This document shows positions 26,084 through 40,764 of a DNA stretch of 64,000 nt, in pieces; positions within the stretch are counted from its first letter, which is position 1; every line of letters begins with the position of its first letter. The stretch comes from Eledone cirrhosa (Eukaryota). The stretch is taken from the NCBI GenBank assembly GCA_964016885.1, contig OZ024740.1, positions 379,130,001 through 379,194,000 of the forward strand, in the 5' to 3' direction. The notes under the pieces are model-generated. The model was not told where the DNA came from and ran no database searches. It worked only from the letters and a program-made list of their open reading frames with translations. The position numbers and the translations under genes are program-made.

Positions 26084-26205
26084 TTATATATACATTTATA
26101 AACATACATTTCTTAGTCTATCTGTCTCTTAGACACATAGATACTGTGTATGTAGAGAGTAGGTAGAGTAAGCAACTAGGCAACATTTATAATTGCTGCC
26201 CATAA

Positions 26206-26264
<59 letters not shown>

Positions 26265-26807
26265 ATCAAACAATTTGTACAGTCTTGTAGTTTTCTCTTC
26301 CGTATGTAAAATGCCATATTCTTAGAATAATAATCCATATGTTATAGAGAATATAGCTTAGAAACGTGAAACTGATATTTCCATTTTCATATTTTTTGCA
26401 CGCTTCATCAAATAATGTATCAATAAATACCATCAAAACAGGAAAAATATCGTCGCATGTTAGATATTCTAAAAAAGTATATATGTTCTTTCTTCTAACA
26501 GTAATAGTTTCTTTGTCAATACTAAGAATAATAAAGAACAATTGAAATATCATTATATTAGAATAACGAGGCATGCTTTCGTTGCACACACGATGTAAAA
26601 TATACATTTACACGCACACATACATATATATCAAGTCACATGTACGTATATATGAATAAATGTAATATATGTTTATGCATACAATTAACATTTTTTCCCT
26701 AATATATATTTCTGTTCATTATGTGGTATATTCTAGTCTTTTCGAGAATAACATTAATTTTAATGGCACTAAAGAACATATGGAAGCATATATAAAATTC
26801 TATTAAT

Positions 26808-27075
26808 AATAATTGTTTCTACATTTGGCACAAGGCATCAATTATCCAGTGTATTACTGGTACTTTATTTATCGACCCCCGTGATGATGAAAGGCAAAGT
26901 TAACCTCGGTGAATTTGAACTCAAACCATAACTCTATGATACAAAGCATGGCATCCAACCCTCTACCGATACTGCAATCCACCGCTCATTCTATTAATAA
27001 TAATTGTTTCTGCTCGGCGGGATTTGAACTCAGACCGTAAAGGGACGTAACTATGCTGGAAAGCATGGTGTTCGT
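26808..27075 (-). mobile_element. tRNA-derived SINE, 1.5 tandem copies
   Basis: Same family as 3030-3222; duplicated TTCTATTAATAATAATTGTTTCT. Confidence 0.8.
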
Positions 27076-29249
27076 GAGCCGTTTACAATTATCAGTAGTA
27101 TTTGTCGTTAGGATTACTAACGGTTTTCCTTCCGAATGTGCAGAATTTAATGAGCTAGCCATAGCAAATACACAACTGAACTAGACCAATAATGTAAGAG
27201 GTTTTAACAATGGACAAAATACCCATTTTACCATTGATGAAGTATTAACCCCAAACTCATTTTTTATCCCTTAGTCGAGAGGGGAACAGTACCCATGATT
27301 CTATTTAGAAGCTTCTAAAACAGGTGGGAAGAATGTGGGTGGGTTGGGAGTAAGGTATTTTCAAATCGGGTAACTGACCCGAATGCCTGCGAGAGAGAGA
27401 GTAAACTCCGTTAAAAGCACCGAAGCGTTAGATGGTGGTATACTACGCATGAACTCCGCCGCAGGATTTGAACTCAAAATGAAGAGAGCCCCACCAAAAA
27501 TACCACAAGGTACCCTATTCAACTCTCCAACGACTCCCTCAGTCTAGCCTAGACTGTTACTTTACTTATCGACCCCAGAAGTATGATAGGTAAATTAAAA
27601 TGCAAGACGCGGGGAACCGAAATTTATAACGCAAGACCAACCTTACGATTTATGAGATGTTTGGATGATTTGAAATTTAAAACGATGGAATCTAAAAACA
27701 GAATCGAGTAAAATACTCTTAGAGGACAGAAGAAAATGGCCAGCATCCCCTTCAGAGAATCAAACTCCATATATTTTATATTCCAGACGTTTTTCTAAGC
27801 TATTATTATGTATAGCGATTCGGGTTTGGATTCCAACGCGTCAAACAACAAAACATTTCGCCTTTAAAGCTTTTGACAAATAACAATTTATCTAATTTTT
27901 TTATTAATTCTAGGGAGGAATAGGCATGGGCTTATTAGCTTCCATTTTCTCGCCTGAAACGACAACTAAATCAATAAGCATTAAAACAAGCATTTATTGT
28001 ATTGATACGAATATGTCCATATAGAAGTCAAGTGTGAGGATAACTTCCTTGAGTTGTGAAGGATCTGAAACTGGTCGTAGTTGCTGCAATTCATTTTCTC
28101 AGCCTTTAAAACAGAAATGATACCCTTACTTCTTAAAACACATCATATGAAATAAATATTTTTCTGAAATGTAGCATATGTAATAGATGAACAGATGGTC
28201 TAAGATTTCTTCGTCTCTCTCTCACACACACACTCGCTCTCTCTCTCTTCATCTCACACATACACTCGCTCTCTCTTTTCTCCTCCCTCTATCTATCTAT
28301 CTTTTTCCCTCACTAGGGTTTCGACTACTTTTCATAAACAAACCTGCGTTATTGCAGCTTGCATTAAGTTGACATACTGTCACACACACACACACACATA
28401 AACATGCACACAAAGGCGCATACATACATATACACAGATACATAAACACAGATACATACATACATACACATTCTTGCATACATGTATATTCTAATTTAAT
28501 TTATATTTTCTCTTTATTTGTCATTTATTTGTTTATTTTGACATTTTTCTTCCCTTTCACAGCATCAGTCTTGTCGCAATGTGTCATACTGTTTCGACCA
28601 GACAATTGCATTAACAGCATGTCTCTAAGGAATGTTCAGCTTATTATACGTTAATTTCATTAATAGTGACGCGCATGGTTGGACAATTGAATTGTCATCG
28701 TCGAGACTGACGGAGTGTCTACCGCAGTCACATTATAATACTTTATCTATTAATGTGAGAAGGATTTATTATAAAGCACTACCACCTGAGATTAGAATTA
28801 GGAAAATGTGGATATGTGCCAAGTTTATATTAAAAGGCGTTGTCGGAGACGATTGTTTAAATATATATTTTCTCAGTTATATGTATATATCTATACATAT
28901 ACGTACATATATATGTACACACACAGGTACACACACAAATATATATATATATATATATATTCATTAGTTAAGCAAAACAAGACCACACATTTCACAAGGA
29001 AGATATTATTAAAAGATTGTCAACATATTTTAGTTTGATGTAAGGAATGTAGAGAATAATAATAATAATATTAATAATAATTGTTTCTACGTTAGGCACA
29101 AGGCCAGCAAATACCCAGTGCATTACTGGTACTTTATTTTATCGACCCCGTAAGGATGAAAGGCAAAGTTAACCTTGGCGTGTCCGTTTACAATTGTTTC
29201 GCTACTCCATATAATATTTCTGGATCAGATGAGTATATATCATAATTGA

Positions 29250-31112
29250 TCCACCAACTCGGACATAACCAATAATGAGATTAACATCATACTTATGGCT
29301 AGGCAGACTATCATTGAATTCAACGGAGCACTCTGGACTAGAAAAGATAGAACAGACAACTTTGACATTACGATGGGCTCAAGTGACTCCGCGCAAATCA
29401 CCGATTTAGTTGGGATTTACCTATTACGTAACATCAGAGCCGAAATCCAACCCTTGCAAGGCGGAATATACAGGGACGAAGTCCTATTTGCAGTCCACAA
29501 TTGCACTAATCGGGGAATAGATTTGCTAAAGAAACAATTACATAGATTCTTTAAAAATAACTGTTTCTACTTTAGGCACAAGGCCAGCAATTATCCAGTG
29601 CATTACTGGTACTTTATTTTATCGACCCCGTAAGGATGAAAGGCAAAGTCAACCTCGGCGGGATTTGAACACAGATCGTAAAGGGACGTAACTATGCTGG
29701 AAAGCATGGCGTCCGACCCTCTACCGATACTGCCAATCCACCGTCTTTAAAAATAACGGTCTGTCTATCACCATCGAGCCGAACCATAAAGTAGTAAACT
29801 TCCTAGACGTCACCCTGGATCTCAACAATAACCTATATTACCCTTACCACAAACCAGGTGAAATACTCACATATATTAGCCCACACTCTAACCACCCACC
29901 GGCAGTCATCAGAGCAGTAATCAAATCTATCTCCTATAGGATCTCAATGCTATCAGCAAATGAGGAGATATTTATAAACCACGCACAATATTATAATAAG
30001 GCTCTCTCTGAATCTGGTTATGAACAATCAATTTATTACATACCTAAATGCCATAACACAGCAATTCACCATAATAAACTTAACACTAGAACTAGAAATA
30101 CCTTAGCATATAGCCAGATTCGCCGGAATTTTAGCAGTAACAGCACCTATACAGGGAACTTTAATGGTGGCAGCGGCCTGCTCCCCACTCCAAGTAGCAA
30201 ACTAAAAATCAACCCTAGAATAGGAATGAGAAATGGGATGACAAATAACAAATCCCCAGGTAATAATAACCCTGAGAAGGCCCCTACCAACTCCACTAGA
30301 ACCCCTAGAAGGAATAGACCTAGAAATATCACGTGGCTTAACCCCCCATTCTATCTAATCTAGCCACTAATATCCCCAAACGCTTCTTCTCTATCCTATC
30401 TAACCCCCCCCCCAACCATAGATATTACAAACTCTTTAATAAAAATAACATTAAAATATCATTCTCCACAACACCTAACCTAGCTAGCCACATCGCGTTC
30501 AGTAACCATCATAAGCTAAGACAGTATAACTCCCACACCGCGGTACCACCATCCCTATCAAATACACCACGCTACTACACCAATAATTACTCTAGTAGCA
30601 CACCTTCCCCATGTAATCCTTCTAGCACGGACCTACCGCTTAGGTTAAACAACCCTACTCTCACTAACCGCAGAAGCAACTGCAACTGCCGTTACCCCAA
30701 TGCATGCCCATTAAATGGACACTGCCTGACACCCAACATAGTCTATAGGTGCACGGTTAAGACTGCTTCGAATACCAGCTCTTATATCGGGTCTACCTCT
30801 AACCCTTTTAAGGTACGCTATAACGCGCACTCTTTTTCCTTCCGAGACTCTAGCAACAGATGTTCGACATCGCTAGCTAGGCTCATTAAAAACCTTAAAT
30901 TAAACAACGTTCAACACTCACTAAAATGGGATATCGTGGCTAGGGCCCAACCGTTCAATGGACGAAGAAAATCTTGTGATCTCTGTATTACGGAAGCATA
31001 TTACATAACTCTATCACGACCTCTACCGATTAACGATAGAACGGAGGTAACTATTAGCTGTCAACATCGAAGGGCTAATTCCTTCACCAATAGAATTTTT
31101 GACCCAACTTAG
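29250..31112 (+). pseudogene. Penelope-like RT C-terminal half plus GIY-YIG endonuclease (SINE insertion and one frameshift ~30355)
   Basis: MGSSDSAQITDLVGIY, IYRDE, NFLDVTLDL, YHKP, SNHPP, ITWLNPPF, then CNCRYPNACPLNGHCLTPNIVY...YIGSTSNPFKVRYNAH.FSF...KWDI...CDLCITE...INDRTE...CQH; stop TAG at 31110-31112. Confidence 0.9.
29556..29743 (-). mobile_element. tRNA-derived SINE with 14-bp TSD inserted in Penelope RT
   Basis: TSD TCTTTAAAAATAAC at 29548-29561 and 29744-29757. Confidence 0.9.
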
Positions 31113-31462
31113 TCATGTAGCCCCATTTTTACTTGTAGCTAATAAGTTAAATTGCTATGAACAACTCGATAATTATTAGTTACCTCCCCTACATTGTCTC
31201 TCAATTAAAAAAATTTAAAAATTAGCACTTAACTATAAACACCCACAATTTCTAATCTCTCGAGGAGTTACTTCCCCTGAAACCACCCTCTAATTAGTAA
31301 GGTAAATATGCCCTTTGGCAGCCATCTTGTTACCCATAGGCAGATCTCACACAATGCAGCCTCGACAGACGAATACTGCTTGATTATGGCTGACAACTGA
31401 TGCAACCAAGACACCATAGTAAAAACCAATATATGGAACATTATATTATGTAACATTCTCTC

Positions 31463-31636
31463 ATCGGTAGAGAGTCGGACGCCATGCTTTCCAGCATAGT
31501 TACGTCCCTTTACGATCTGAGTTCAAATCCCGCCGAGGTTGACTTTGCCTTTCATCCTTACGGGGTCGATAAAATAAAGTACCAGTAATGCACTGGGTAA
31601 TTGCTGGCCTTGTGCCTAAAGTAGAAACAATTATTT
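31463..31636 (+). mobile_element. tRNA-derived SINE
   Basis: B-box GAGTTCAAATCC and the same body as the other copies. Confidence 0.85.
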
Positions 31637-31655
31637 TAATTTATATTCCTTTGAA

Positions 31656-31775
31656 GTTCCGATGAGCCACTCTGTCTTTTAAATATGTTAATTATTTTCA
31701 ACTGAACCAGATCAATTATGATATATAGTCATCTGATCTAGAAATATTATATGGAGTAGCGAAACAATTGTAAAC
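31656..31775 (+). ncRNA. Penelope pLTR hammerhead (U4>C, long stem II loop)
   Basis: GTT CCGATGA GCCACTC...GAGTAGC GAAA CAATTG TA AAC. The 3' half is also present inverted at ~29183-29208. Confidence 0.65.
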
Positions 31776-32063
31776 GGACATTATTATTATTAATATTATT
31801 ATTATTATTCTCTACATTCCTTACATCAAACTAAAATATGTTGGCAATCTTTTAATAATGTCTTCCTTGTGAAATAGTGGTCTTGTTTTGCTTAAGTAAT
31901 GAATAACTTCTGCATGAACCCAGCCACCTAGCTGCTTTCTACTGCATATTGCACATTGAGCACATGCCTTTACGCTTTGGCTTCTAACTAATTCACCAAT
32001 CTCTCCCCTCCTATCTCCTCTCCTATCTCCATCTCTCTCTCTTTAAGATTGGTTACTCTTGAA

Positions 32064-32176
<113 letters not shown>

Positions 32177-32196
32177 TATTTGCGAGTTTTTTTTAA

Positions 32197-32600
32197 ATAT
32201 GAAATCGTGTGTTGAAGCAAATATTGTTATATTTTGGGAGGATCATATTGTTATAATATTGCCAGAAATAATAATAAAACACAATCACTGTTTGGTTTGG
32301 ATTGGTTTTCGCTTCTGTATAATTTATATCCCTATAGTTAATTTAGCTGGCAATCAATGTTTATTATTGATTGACCAACGGTTAAAAATATATATATAAA
32401 TATAGATATATAGTCTATGAAAGTTCTTTCATAACACACCTGTGGCATCATTAGTGGTACTATTATGTTTCATCCCTTTGTCTATTCTATTTTTCATTTA
32501 TTTATTTTTGTCTCTGTTTGCGCATGCGTTTGTGTGTTTTTTTTTTCTGTTTGTTGTGTGTTTGTGTTTAAGTCTGTGTGTGTTTCTATTCTATCTTTCC
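32197..32600 (-). mobile_element. Penelope 3' pLTR relic, paralog of 62805-63400
   Basis: Colinear with 62805-63400 minus the SINE. Degraded hammerhead CTAATGA T GCCACA..TGTTAT GAAA GAAC at ~32415-32455(-). Confidence 0.65.
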
Positions 32601-33063
32601 TCACTGGTGTGCGTTTGCTCACAGTGGCGTCAATGCCTGCGCCACGCATGTGCAATCCAAACATTTGGACCAGTTGAAGAAGAACACATCGTTTGTTTTG
32701 TTTCGCATCGTCTTATCTGAAAAGAGGGTTTAAACCCTGAAATATGTTGAAATATACTGGGCGAGGAAAATATTACTTTCTATTGTTTTATTTGTCATAC
32801 TTTGCCCTTTATATATTTCTACCGCATTGTATCAGCGATCTGAAATATTTTCACACGTGAGGCATGTTTCGCAATCGATCAGTTCTAGGTACGATGGATC
32901 ATGATCTAGCCTAACTCTGGAATCTGTAGCTCCTCAGACACATGGATCTTCTTATATATAAATGCTTCTGCGTTTCGTTTGGAGTTTTTATCCGATAAAT
33001 CGTATAAATGCATATATAACAGTGTATAATACACACAAAAGATTTTCTTTTAAATTCACTAGG

Positions 33064-33113
<50 letters not shown>

Positions 33114-33514
33114 GCATGTATATACATCTACATACATGCACTTTTGTGGAAAGAAATATATTAGCCTCGCTCCGTTTGTTTTGGAGATATCTGTAGATCG
33201 TTATACTAATTGTCAATTATAACACTCTCCAACAGTTATTTCTTTCCTAAAAACTGAACTCGTTATCACATTTCTCAAACAACAATTTTATTATTTATAC
33301 TTTCGATTTCTTTTTTGAATCGTGACGATCTGTATATGATTATAACAAAGATATCATCCAAAATGACAACACACTGCATTTTCTTTGCGCCTCAAACAAT
33401 TTATACATTAGTAAAATTCTAAACTGAAATTAAATCTTTTTACCATGTTGGTAACTGTGCACACACATTCACGCATACATAATGTCACAGGCAGACATTT
33501 AGATAAACGCATCT

Positions 33515-33574
<60 letters not shown>

Positions 33575-34722
33575 GCTTCACGTATATATATGTGCAGTCA
33601 CAAGTATATAACTTTATGTTAATGTTTTCGAATGGACTTATTAGATATATGGAACTTGAAGCTCAGTATGTATGTATGTATGTATGTATGTATGTATGTA
33701 TGTATGTATGTATGTATGTATGTATGTATGTATGTATGTATGTGTGTATGTATGAATGTATGTGTATATGCATGTATGGATGGATGGATGGGTGTGTCGT
33801 ATGTGTACGGATGTGTGCATATATACATGAATATGTATGTATAGGTGAGTGTATTTGAATAGGCATTAATGAGACATTCTAACTTTCATAGTTTACTCAA
33901 GGTTATTATCTACGCACGCTATGGCTTCCATCAATTAACCGTAATAAAAGTTTCTTACATAAGTACTAAATAAGAACAATTAATTGCATTGACTTGTAAT
34001 ATTGGATGAAAGTTAATTTCATCCCACCGGGCGTTGAATTGCGTACGACGTGGATTAAAACTAAGTATTTTAATTCAATTAATCAAGCACTCCGTTGAAG
34101 TTAACTCTAAAAGTTTAAAACCATCTACTGAACTTTGGTTTAACCTTAACTCTTTTCACACTTCCTGCTAACATAAAATCTGTATCTCCAATACCTTTCT
34201 TTAAGATCCCATTGTATATGCATCGGGCATCTGTGCGCTCAATGTTACATAGGAAAGTTACATTCTCTATTTCATCGTCTTTGTTAAAAGAGGTGGAAGC
34301 TTCAATATAGTATCAACTTTCTTTAACAGACAACACCCTCAACTGGACGACAATATCAATATATCTAGCTATTTTTACAGATATGTCTTTTCGCCGTTCC
34401 TCAAGATATATCTGTTGTGCTAACAACTCTTTGAACCACCCAAACCACCAGAAGATAAGTGGTTCACTCATACCATCCTTCAAAGTAACGCCAACAACAT
34501 CTCTGACACAGTTAGAAGCCACATTCCTAAACCACTAAAAGAATGACCAGAGTGACCAGAGAATTTGTTGAACTTTGAACTCGGTACACCGGTACATATA
34601 GTGACGGATCACATTGCGATGAGAAGTTGTTTTAGAAGACAGGTCTCACTTTAAACCATAATATGTAACCCTGCTCAATCCGGCGGTCAGTTATGTGTCC
34701 CAGATTCATACTTATGTAAAAA

Positions 34723-34732
<10 letters not shown>

Positions 34733-34792
<60 letters not shown>
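34733..34792. repeat. (TAG)n microsatellite
   Basis: More than 20 TAG units from ~34724. Confidence 0.95.
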
Positions 34793-36261
34793 TCTTTTTG
34801 TCATAGAAACCAGGCACTCTTCCTTACCTAAAGAAAGTTATGGGGTGATCTTTACGATAGATTCGGTTGAGAGTCGGGTCCATTCTACACGTGATAACAG
34901 ATGTCCGGCGTGTCTCCACGAGTCAGTAATGCTCGCATATTAATGTGTGAAGAAAAATTTCTCGCCTTGCGCAGATCGCCAACAACCTAACTAACAGTAT
35001 TGTCGTACTTGTACAGTTTATCTCAAACTTACAGCGCTCCAGTCACCATCGCACAACCCAGGGCAAATTTGTCAGAATCCCTGATTAGAAGGTCGTTCAA
35101 ATTGCCCTCGTCAACGCCCAGACTTGTTCCCAGACTGTGGTTCTTCATATGCTCCAAAGTCATCTATATTATCTTAGAATGGACGCTTCATTAACTGCAT
35201 TACTGAGTACGGAGACTACAGATTTGCATTTCAAGATACCAAGTGCAAGACCACCGATCTATTCGAGTAGGAGATCCTCGACATCTCTACTGCTAAAACA
35301 GCGAATGTGCATCCCTGGTTTGTTATCTGCAAATGACTCACTCTCTTTCTATCGAATTTACTTTCATTCATGTATTTTACTGTAACCATAATGTTTAGCA
35401 CGTATATTAATGTTACAATTGCTTCTCCTTTTCTACTCCGACTGGACCTTGGATACTTTTAAGTAACACAAACCCCTCACCCAACTGACTAACATCCGCT
35501 GAAAATATAAACACATAGTTTGAAAATATAAACGTCAGTCTGATCTACTAAACTAAAAAAATATATATGTTTGAAGATTGCTGCAATATTTGATAAGCTT
35601 AAATAGAAATAATCCGTTATTTAACGTGGTGAATGAAGAAAGAAAGCGACTATTTAATACTACGTATGCATGCGCTCATTGTAATATTGAAATGACATCA
35701 TAAAATTATGTCAACAAAAGCAACAAAAACACAACACGCCTTAAATGATGCAAGCTGAAGGAACGCATTGTTCTTCCGGTTCTCTTAAAATGTTTTCTCT
35801 AATACTTTACTACTTTCCTAGAACTGAATAAACATTATACATACATGCATCCATCCATTCAACTATACATACACACAAAATGTAATTACACATCAGTCGG
35901 TTTCGACGAAGATTATTCCAGTTTTTCAATCAACAGAAATACATGCTTATTGAATTAGTGTGTAAGTTAGCAAGTGTTCCGTAGACACAGGTTTCCTTAT
36001 TGTAATCCCCAGGCAGAACAAGCATGACATATTCAATGGCAAGCCTGGCTTTTTGAATTACAAATGCAATCAATCCGGTTGTCCTTAACACAGTTTCCGT
36101 ATCCTCAATGTCACTGATAACCTAGGGTCGATCGAAGGCTATGGTAACAATCCCCTACACACTGTACCACGAAGTGATCAAACCGTAGAGCTTATAGAAG
36201 CCAACTTCTTAAACACTCTGCTTTAACCCACCTACCTGTATACATACCTACATACATACAT

Positions 36262-36630
36262 GATGGCTGACCCCTCGTTATCGAGTACGGCCATTGCACG
36301 ATATAACATTATTATAATTATCAATTAAGCTATCATGCAATGCCTATCCGTGATGATCTTTTTGAAAGTGAGGAAAGATTGTGCACTGAGCCAATCCCAC
36401 TCTCTGAGCGACAGTAACCCAAAAGAAGAAAAGATCAACATTATCGGTAACTACTGAACCGCAGGTTTTATATCCGAGTTATCCCAGTTTCCCGAGTTGC
36501 CTTCTCCTAGAAGAATGCCCTGACAAAGGCTAGGGGTCCTTCACTCCCAGTGGTTTAACCGCGCGGTACAGGTGTACATATTTACATACTTTCGGATGGC
36601 CGTTGACTCTTATGAGTTCTTCCGCCCTTT
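36262..36630 (-). mobile_element. Non-autonomous RTE-derived element
   Basis: The 3' end GGCCGTACTCGATAACGAGGGGTCAGCCATC(ATGT)n is near-identical to the RTE 3' end at 25119-25150. Paralog of 21870-22216. Confidence 0.7.
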
Positions 36631-36664
36631 GTCAGGTTTTGTGTGATCCGACATACATACATAC

Positions 36665-36695
<31 letters not shown>

Positions 36696-36711
36696 CATAC
36701 ATACGTATATA

Positions 36712-37628
36712 CACAATATGGTTGAATGTTCCAGTCAAAACCCAATGAAATGTAAGTATAACAGATCAGATATCGTGATATGGGATAAAGAAATGAAGGC
36801 ATGCGCAGTAGTGGAAGTCAGCTACCCAGCAGATATAATGTTAAAGATGAGTGAGAAGGAGAACATTTATGTTGAACTAATCAGCAGCCAGCAGATAATC
36901 CACACTGATTATACCTTTAGATTTGTACCTGTAGTCATTGGGGCTCTGGCATACGCCACTAACTGCCTCAATACAAAATTGAGAAGCTGGGCTTCACAGA
37001 ACCAGAAAGAGCATGGATAGTTTCGAAGTTCAAGTACAGACCATTAATGGAACTGCAAAAAATATGTAAAAAACGATGTGAAGGGCATATGGATACATAA
37101 TATGATGAGTAATGGTGGAATGTTCCAGTTGTAATTGCAATAAAGTACAAACACAACAGACCAGGCGTAGTGATATAGGACAGGGAAAAGAGGACATGCA
37201 CAATAGTGGAAGTCAGCTGTCCAGCAGATATTAATATAATTGTTTCTACGTTTGGCACAAGGCCAGCAATTATCCCAGTGCATTACTGGTACTTTATTTT
37301 ATCGACCCCGTAAGGATGAAAGGCAAAGTTAACCTCTGCGGGATTTGAACTCAGACCGATAAGGTACGTAACTCTATGCTGCAAAGCATGGCGTTCGACT
37401 CCCTACCGATACTGCCAATCCACCCCCAGATATTAATATAATGCTAAAGAATAGCAAAAAGGATAACACACACACACGCCCCCCCCCCCCCCACACACAC
37501 ATGCATACGTAATTTACATAGTTGATATTGTCTAAATTCCAATGAAAGAGTCTTGTTTCTACGTTAGAAACTGGCTGTCTCTCGATTGGGGAAAATTTAT
37601 AAAATAATAAAACCAGAGGAACATACAT
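36712..37628 (+). mobile_element. R4/Dong-like 3' end (restriction-like endonuclease, partly duplicated) with SINE insertion
   Basis: YNRSDIVIWDKEMKACAVVEVSYPAD...YTFRFVPVVIGAL. The 3' UTR AATTTATAAAATAATAAAACCA is shared with ~15555-15576. SINE at 37236-37426 with TSD CAGATATTAATATAAT. Confidence 0.8.
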
Positions 37629-38453
37629 ATATATATATTCTTGCTGAAACAACATTCCATATCTTCTCTAAGAAAGACTGTTATGAGGAAAAATATAGAA
37701 AATAGTTGTCTTGTTGAATACGTACATACGTTTCAACAAAAGAATATTGGGAGAATATTCTTGTCAATATAACATATCGGATATATTTGTTTGAGACAAT
37801 AAAGAAAACTTATGTATTCTTACAGACCCGTTCCTTCCCTGATGACTTCCAATCTTCCAATATCTTTAGAAATAAGGATATTTTAGGGAAACTGTATCGA
37901 AACCTACATTTAATTGTACACTTATTTACGCTAGTAAATCTCACGTGGCCAACTCGAAAAGCTGGACTTTTCAGGCAACGGATGTGACAAGCACTTTGCC
38001 AATATACATAGTAAGTGAAACAATAACAATATGCAAAACGTTGTTGTTATCAAAATTCCAGTGATGGAACTTTGTTTCTTAGGTAGAAACCAGCTCCTTC
38101 TTTATAAGACGAATTCAAATTTAAAAAGACAGATATCATACACAAAATCAGACAGGCATACATTTTGGCAGTTTATCTGACAGATATAGCATTACTACTC
38201 TGATTTACCTAATCCAATATCAGATAAATGTATATGCTGTGCACATAATCATGCAGATTCATACATATATATATATATATATGTATATCTTTCAATTCCT
38301 CCTTGCTATCGTTCTTTCTAGCACTCACTTCTTTTCTATATCAATATATAAATTAGATTGTTCGGAAACACTTCAATGTACAAGGGAATATGTACACGTA
38401 TTATTATTATTGGGATAACAAATTATCGTTTGACCATGTTATTCTTCACTCTT

Positions 38454-38516
<63 letters not shown>

Positions 38517-38586
38517 GTAGGTCCCGGGTTGAGTCGGGGATAACCACAGTAAGTAAGGTACTCAATACATGGCAGAGTAAAATTTT

Positions 38587-38715
38587 TTTATTTTATAGAA
38601 GGAGCTTCTACAGGACTAGTACTGTTTCATTCAGATGAAATCTTCAGGAAGCTCCTGAAGATTTCATCTGAATGAAACAGTACTAGTCCTGTAGAAGCTC
38701 CTTCTATAAAATAAA
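38587..38715. mobile_element. Fold-back element with hammerhead-like core, in (TA)n
   Basis: Palindrome centred at 38651 (TCTTCAGGA agc TCCTGAAGA). CTGAAGA T TTCA tc TGAA T GAAAC AGTACT AGTC; stem I is not evident. Confidence 0.7.
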
Positions 38716-38902
38716 ATATATATATATATATATATATTTTTATATTTTTTTCTTATATTTATTTGCGTGTGTGAATATGTAGAGGAGTGCATTCATGTAT
38801 GTGTATGTATGTACGTTGTATGTTTGTGTGATTGTATGTATGTGTATGCTTGTACACACACATGTGTGTGCGTGTATGTGTGTATGTGTGTATATATATG
38901 TA

Positions 38903-38940
<38 letters not shown>

Positions 38941-38957
38941 TATATATATATGTGTGT

Positions 38958-39001
<44 letters not shown>

Positions 39002-39460
39002 GTGTGTGTGTGTGTGTGTATGTATGAATGTATGTATGTGTATATGTGTGTATATATGTGTATGTGTGTGTAGGTGTACGTTTTATATATATATATGTGT
39101 ATATGTATATATGTGTATGCGTACATTTATATATATGTATATATGTATGTGTGTGTAAGTATGCTTTTGTGTTTTTTTGTGTGTGTGTTTGCATGTGTAG
39201 TTTTATTTTATTTTTCCTTTCCTTCTCCCTTTTCTAGCCTCACTTTCATATAGATTGCATTTTTGTTTTTAGAATCCAAATTCAATAAACAAACCAGGAT
39301 TTTTCATTCTGAGGATTGAAAGGAAAACCTTTTGCTTTTAAGAAACCACTGGTAAATGGAATAATTGCCTTATGTTGTTTATTACATAATAATAATAATT
39401 AAGCTCTGTTGCCTACATAGAGCACTCTTTTTTCCTGGACTTTTCCGATGGAATTACTTC

Positions 39461-39502
<42 letters not shown>

Positions 39503-40043
39503 GGGGAGAGAGAGAGAGAGAGAGAGAGAGATGTATGTACGTATGTATTTATGTATGTATTCATGTATGGTGGCATTATATAAAAGCTACGGCAATGCGA
39601 ACAGCTGGACCTCAATCCCCTGCGGGTCAATCGAACCACTCTATAGCGGCAGAGGGAAATCCAAACGACCAGAATGGTGTGAACAGGCAGAATCGATGAG
39701 GCGTCGGATAAAGTTATTTATTCCGGCTCTTTACCTGCTGAATTCAAATCCAGCTGAGGTCAGCTTTGCTTTTCATCCTTCAGAGTCTATAAAGTGCAGT
39801 GCCAGTCTACTGCTGGTGTTGGTAGTGGAGGGGGGTGGGGGTGATTTCATCGACTTTCACCTTTCACAACATCGGATGCGTTGTGTCTAGTAACTCTTTT
39901 ACCTATAGACCGCCAAAGATTCGAATCAAAATGGCAGAGAAGGGCCCAATCAAAAGAGGATATCTGATGCACACACATAATATATAAATATTTATGCATA
40001 TGTGTGTGTATGTATATTTATATATATATACACATGCGCACGT

Positions 40044-40172
<129 letters not shown>

Positions 40173-40243
40173 GAATAACTGTAGGTTCACCCGAGTGAGC
40201 ACTCGATGTTTAGGTTCACTTCAGGTTCACTACCATTACAAGA

Positions 40244-40328
40244 GGTCTGACGAGCCGCGGATTACAGAGTCGGGTTAGATCGATACAGATCGAACCTTGA
40301 GCTTATCAGTGGCGAAACGCGCGACACC
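40244..40328 (+). ncRNA. Type I hammerhead motif (U16.1>A)
   Basis: GGT CTGACGA GCCGC...GTGGC GAAA CGCGCG AC ACC, in a (TA)n-flanked element 40169-40382. Confidence 0.6.
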
Positions 40329-40377
40329 AATCAATAAACGCAATGAAGGAGTAACCGATTGTCCTTGTTATTTTATT

Positions 40378-40444
<67 letters not shown>

Positions 40445-40449
<5 letters not shown>

Positions 40450-40710
40450 AACAAGTATGACCCCGACGACAGAGCTCAAGCCGTTTCGACGGCTAATTCT
40501 GGACTGAATAAGAATGTTTAGCCTGGTAAAGAAATAGCCATTTAAATAGCTATTAGGCTAAACATTCTTATTTAGTCCAGAATTAGCCGTCGAAACGGCT
40601 TGTGCTCTGCCGTCGGAGTCATACTTGTTCCTATTACCCACTCTACTACACTAAGTATTGAGTACTTTGGTGCGTTATGATCCATCTGGTTCCTTACCAC
40701 ATTTCCTTCG

Positions 40711-40712
<2 letters not shown>
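40445..40712. mobile_element. Fold-back element in (TA)n; truncated paralog at 7475-7563
   Basis: 40445-40523 is inverted to ~40555-40634 and contains GTCGAAACGGCTTG. 40633-40712 is the reverse complement of 7475-7552. Confidence 0.75.

Positions 40713-40764
<52 letters not shown>

Noticed and set aside
30360-31112. Selenocysteine recoding as reported for some Naiad elements
   Set aside because: The Cys motifs of the endonuclease are all TGY codons. I saw no in-frame TGA there.
34100-34522. Possible hAT transposase remnant on the minus strand
   Set aside because: The resemblance is vague, with no diagnostic motif or TIR I can support.
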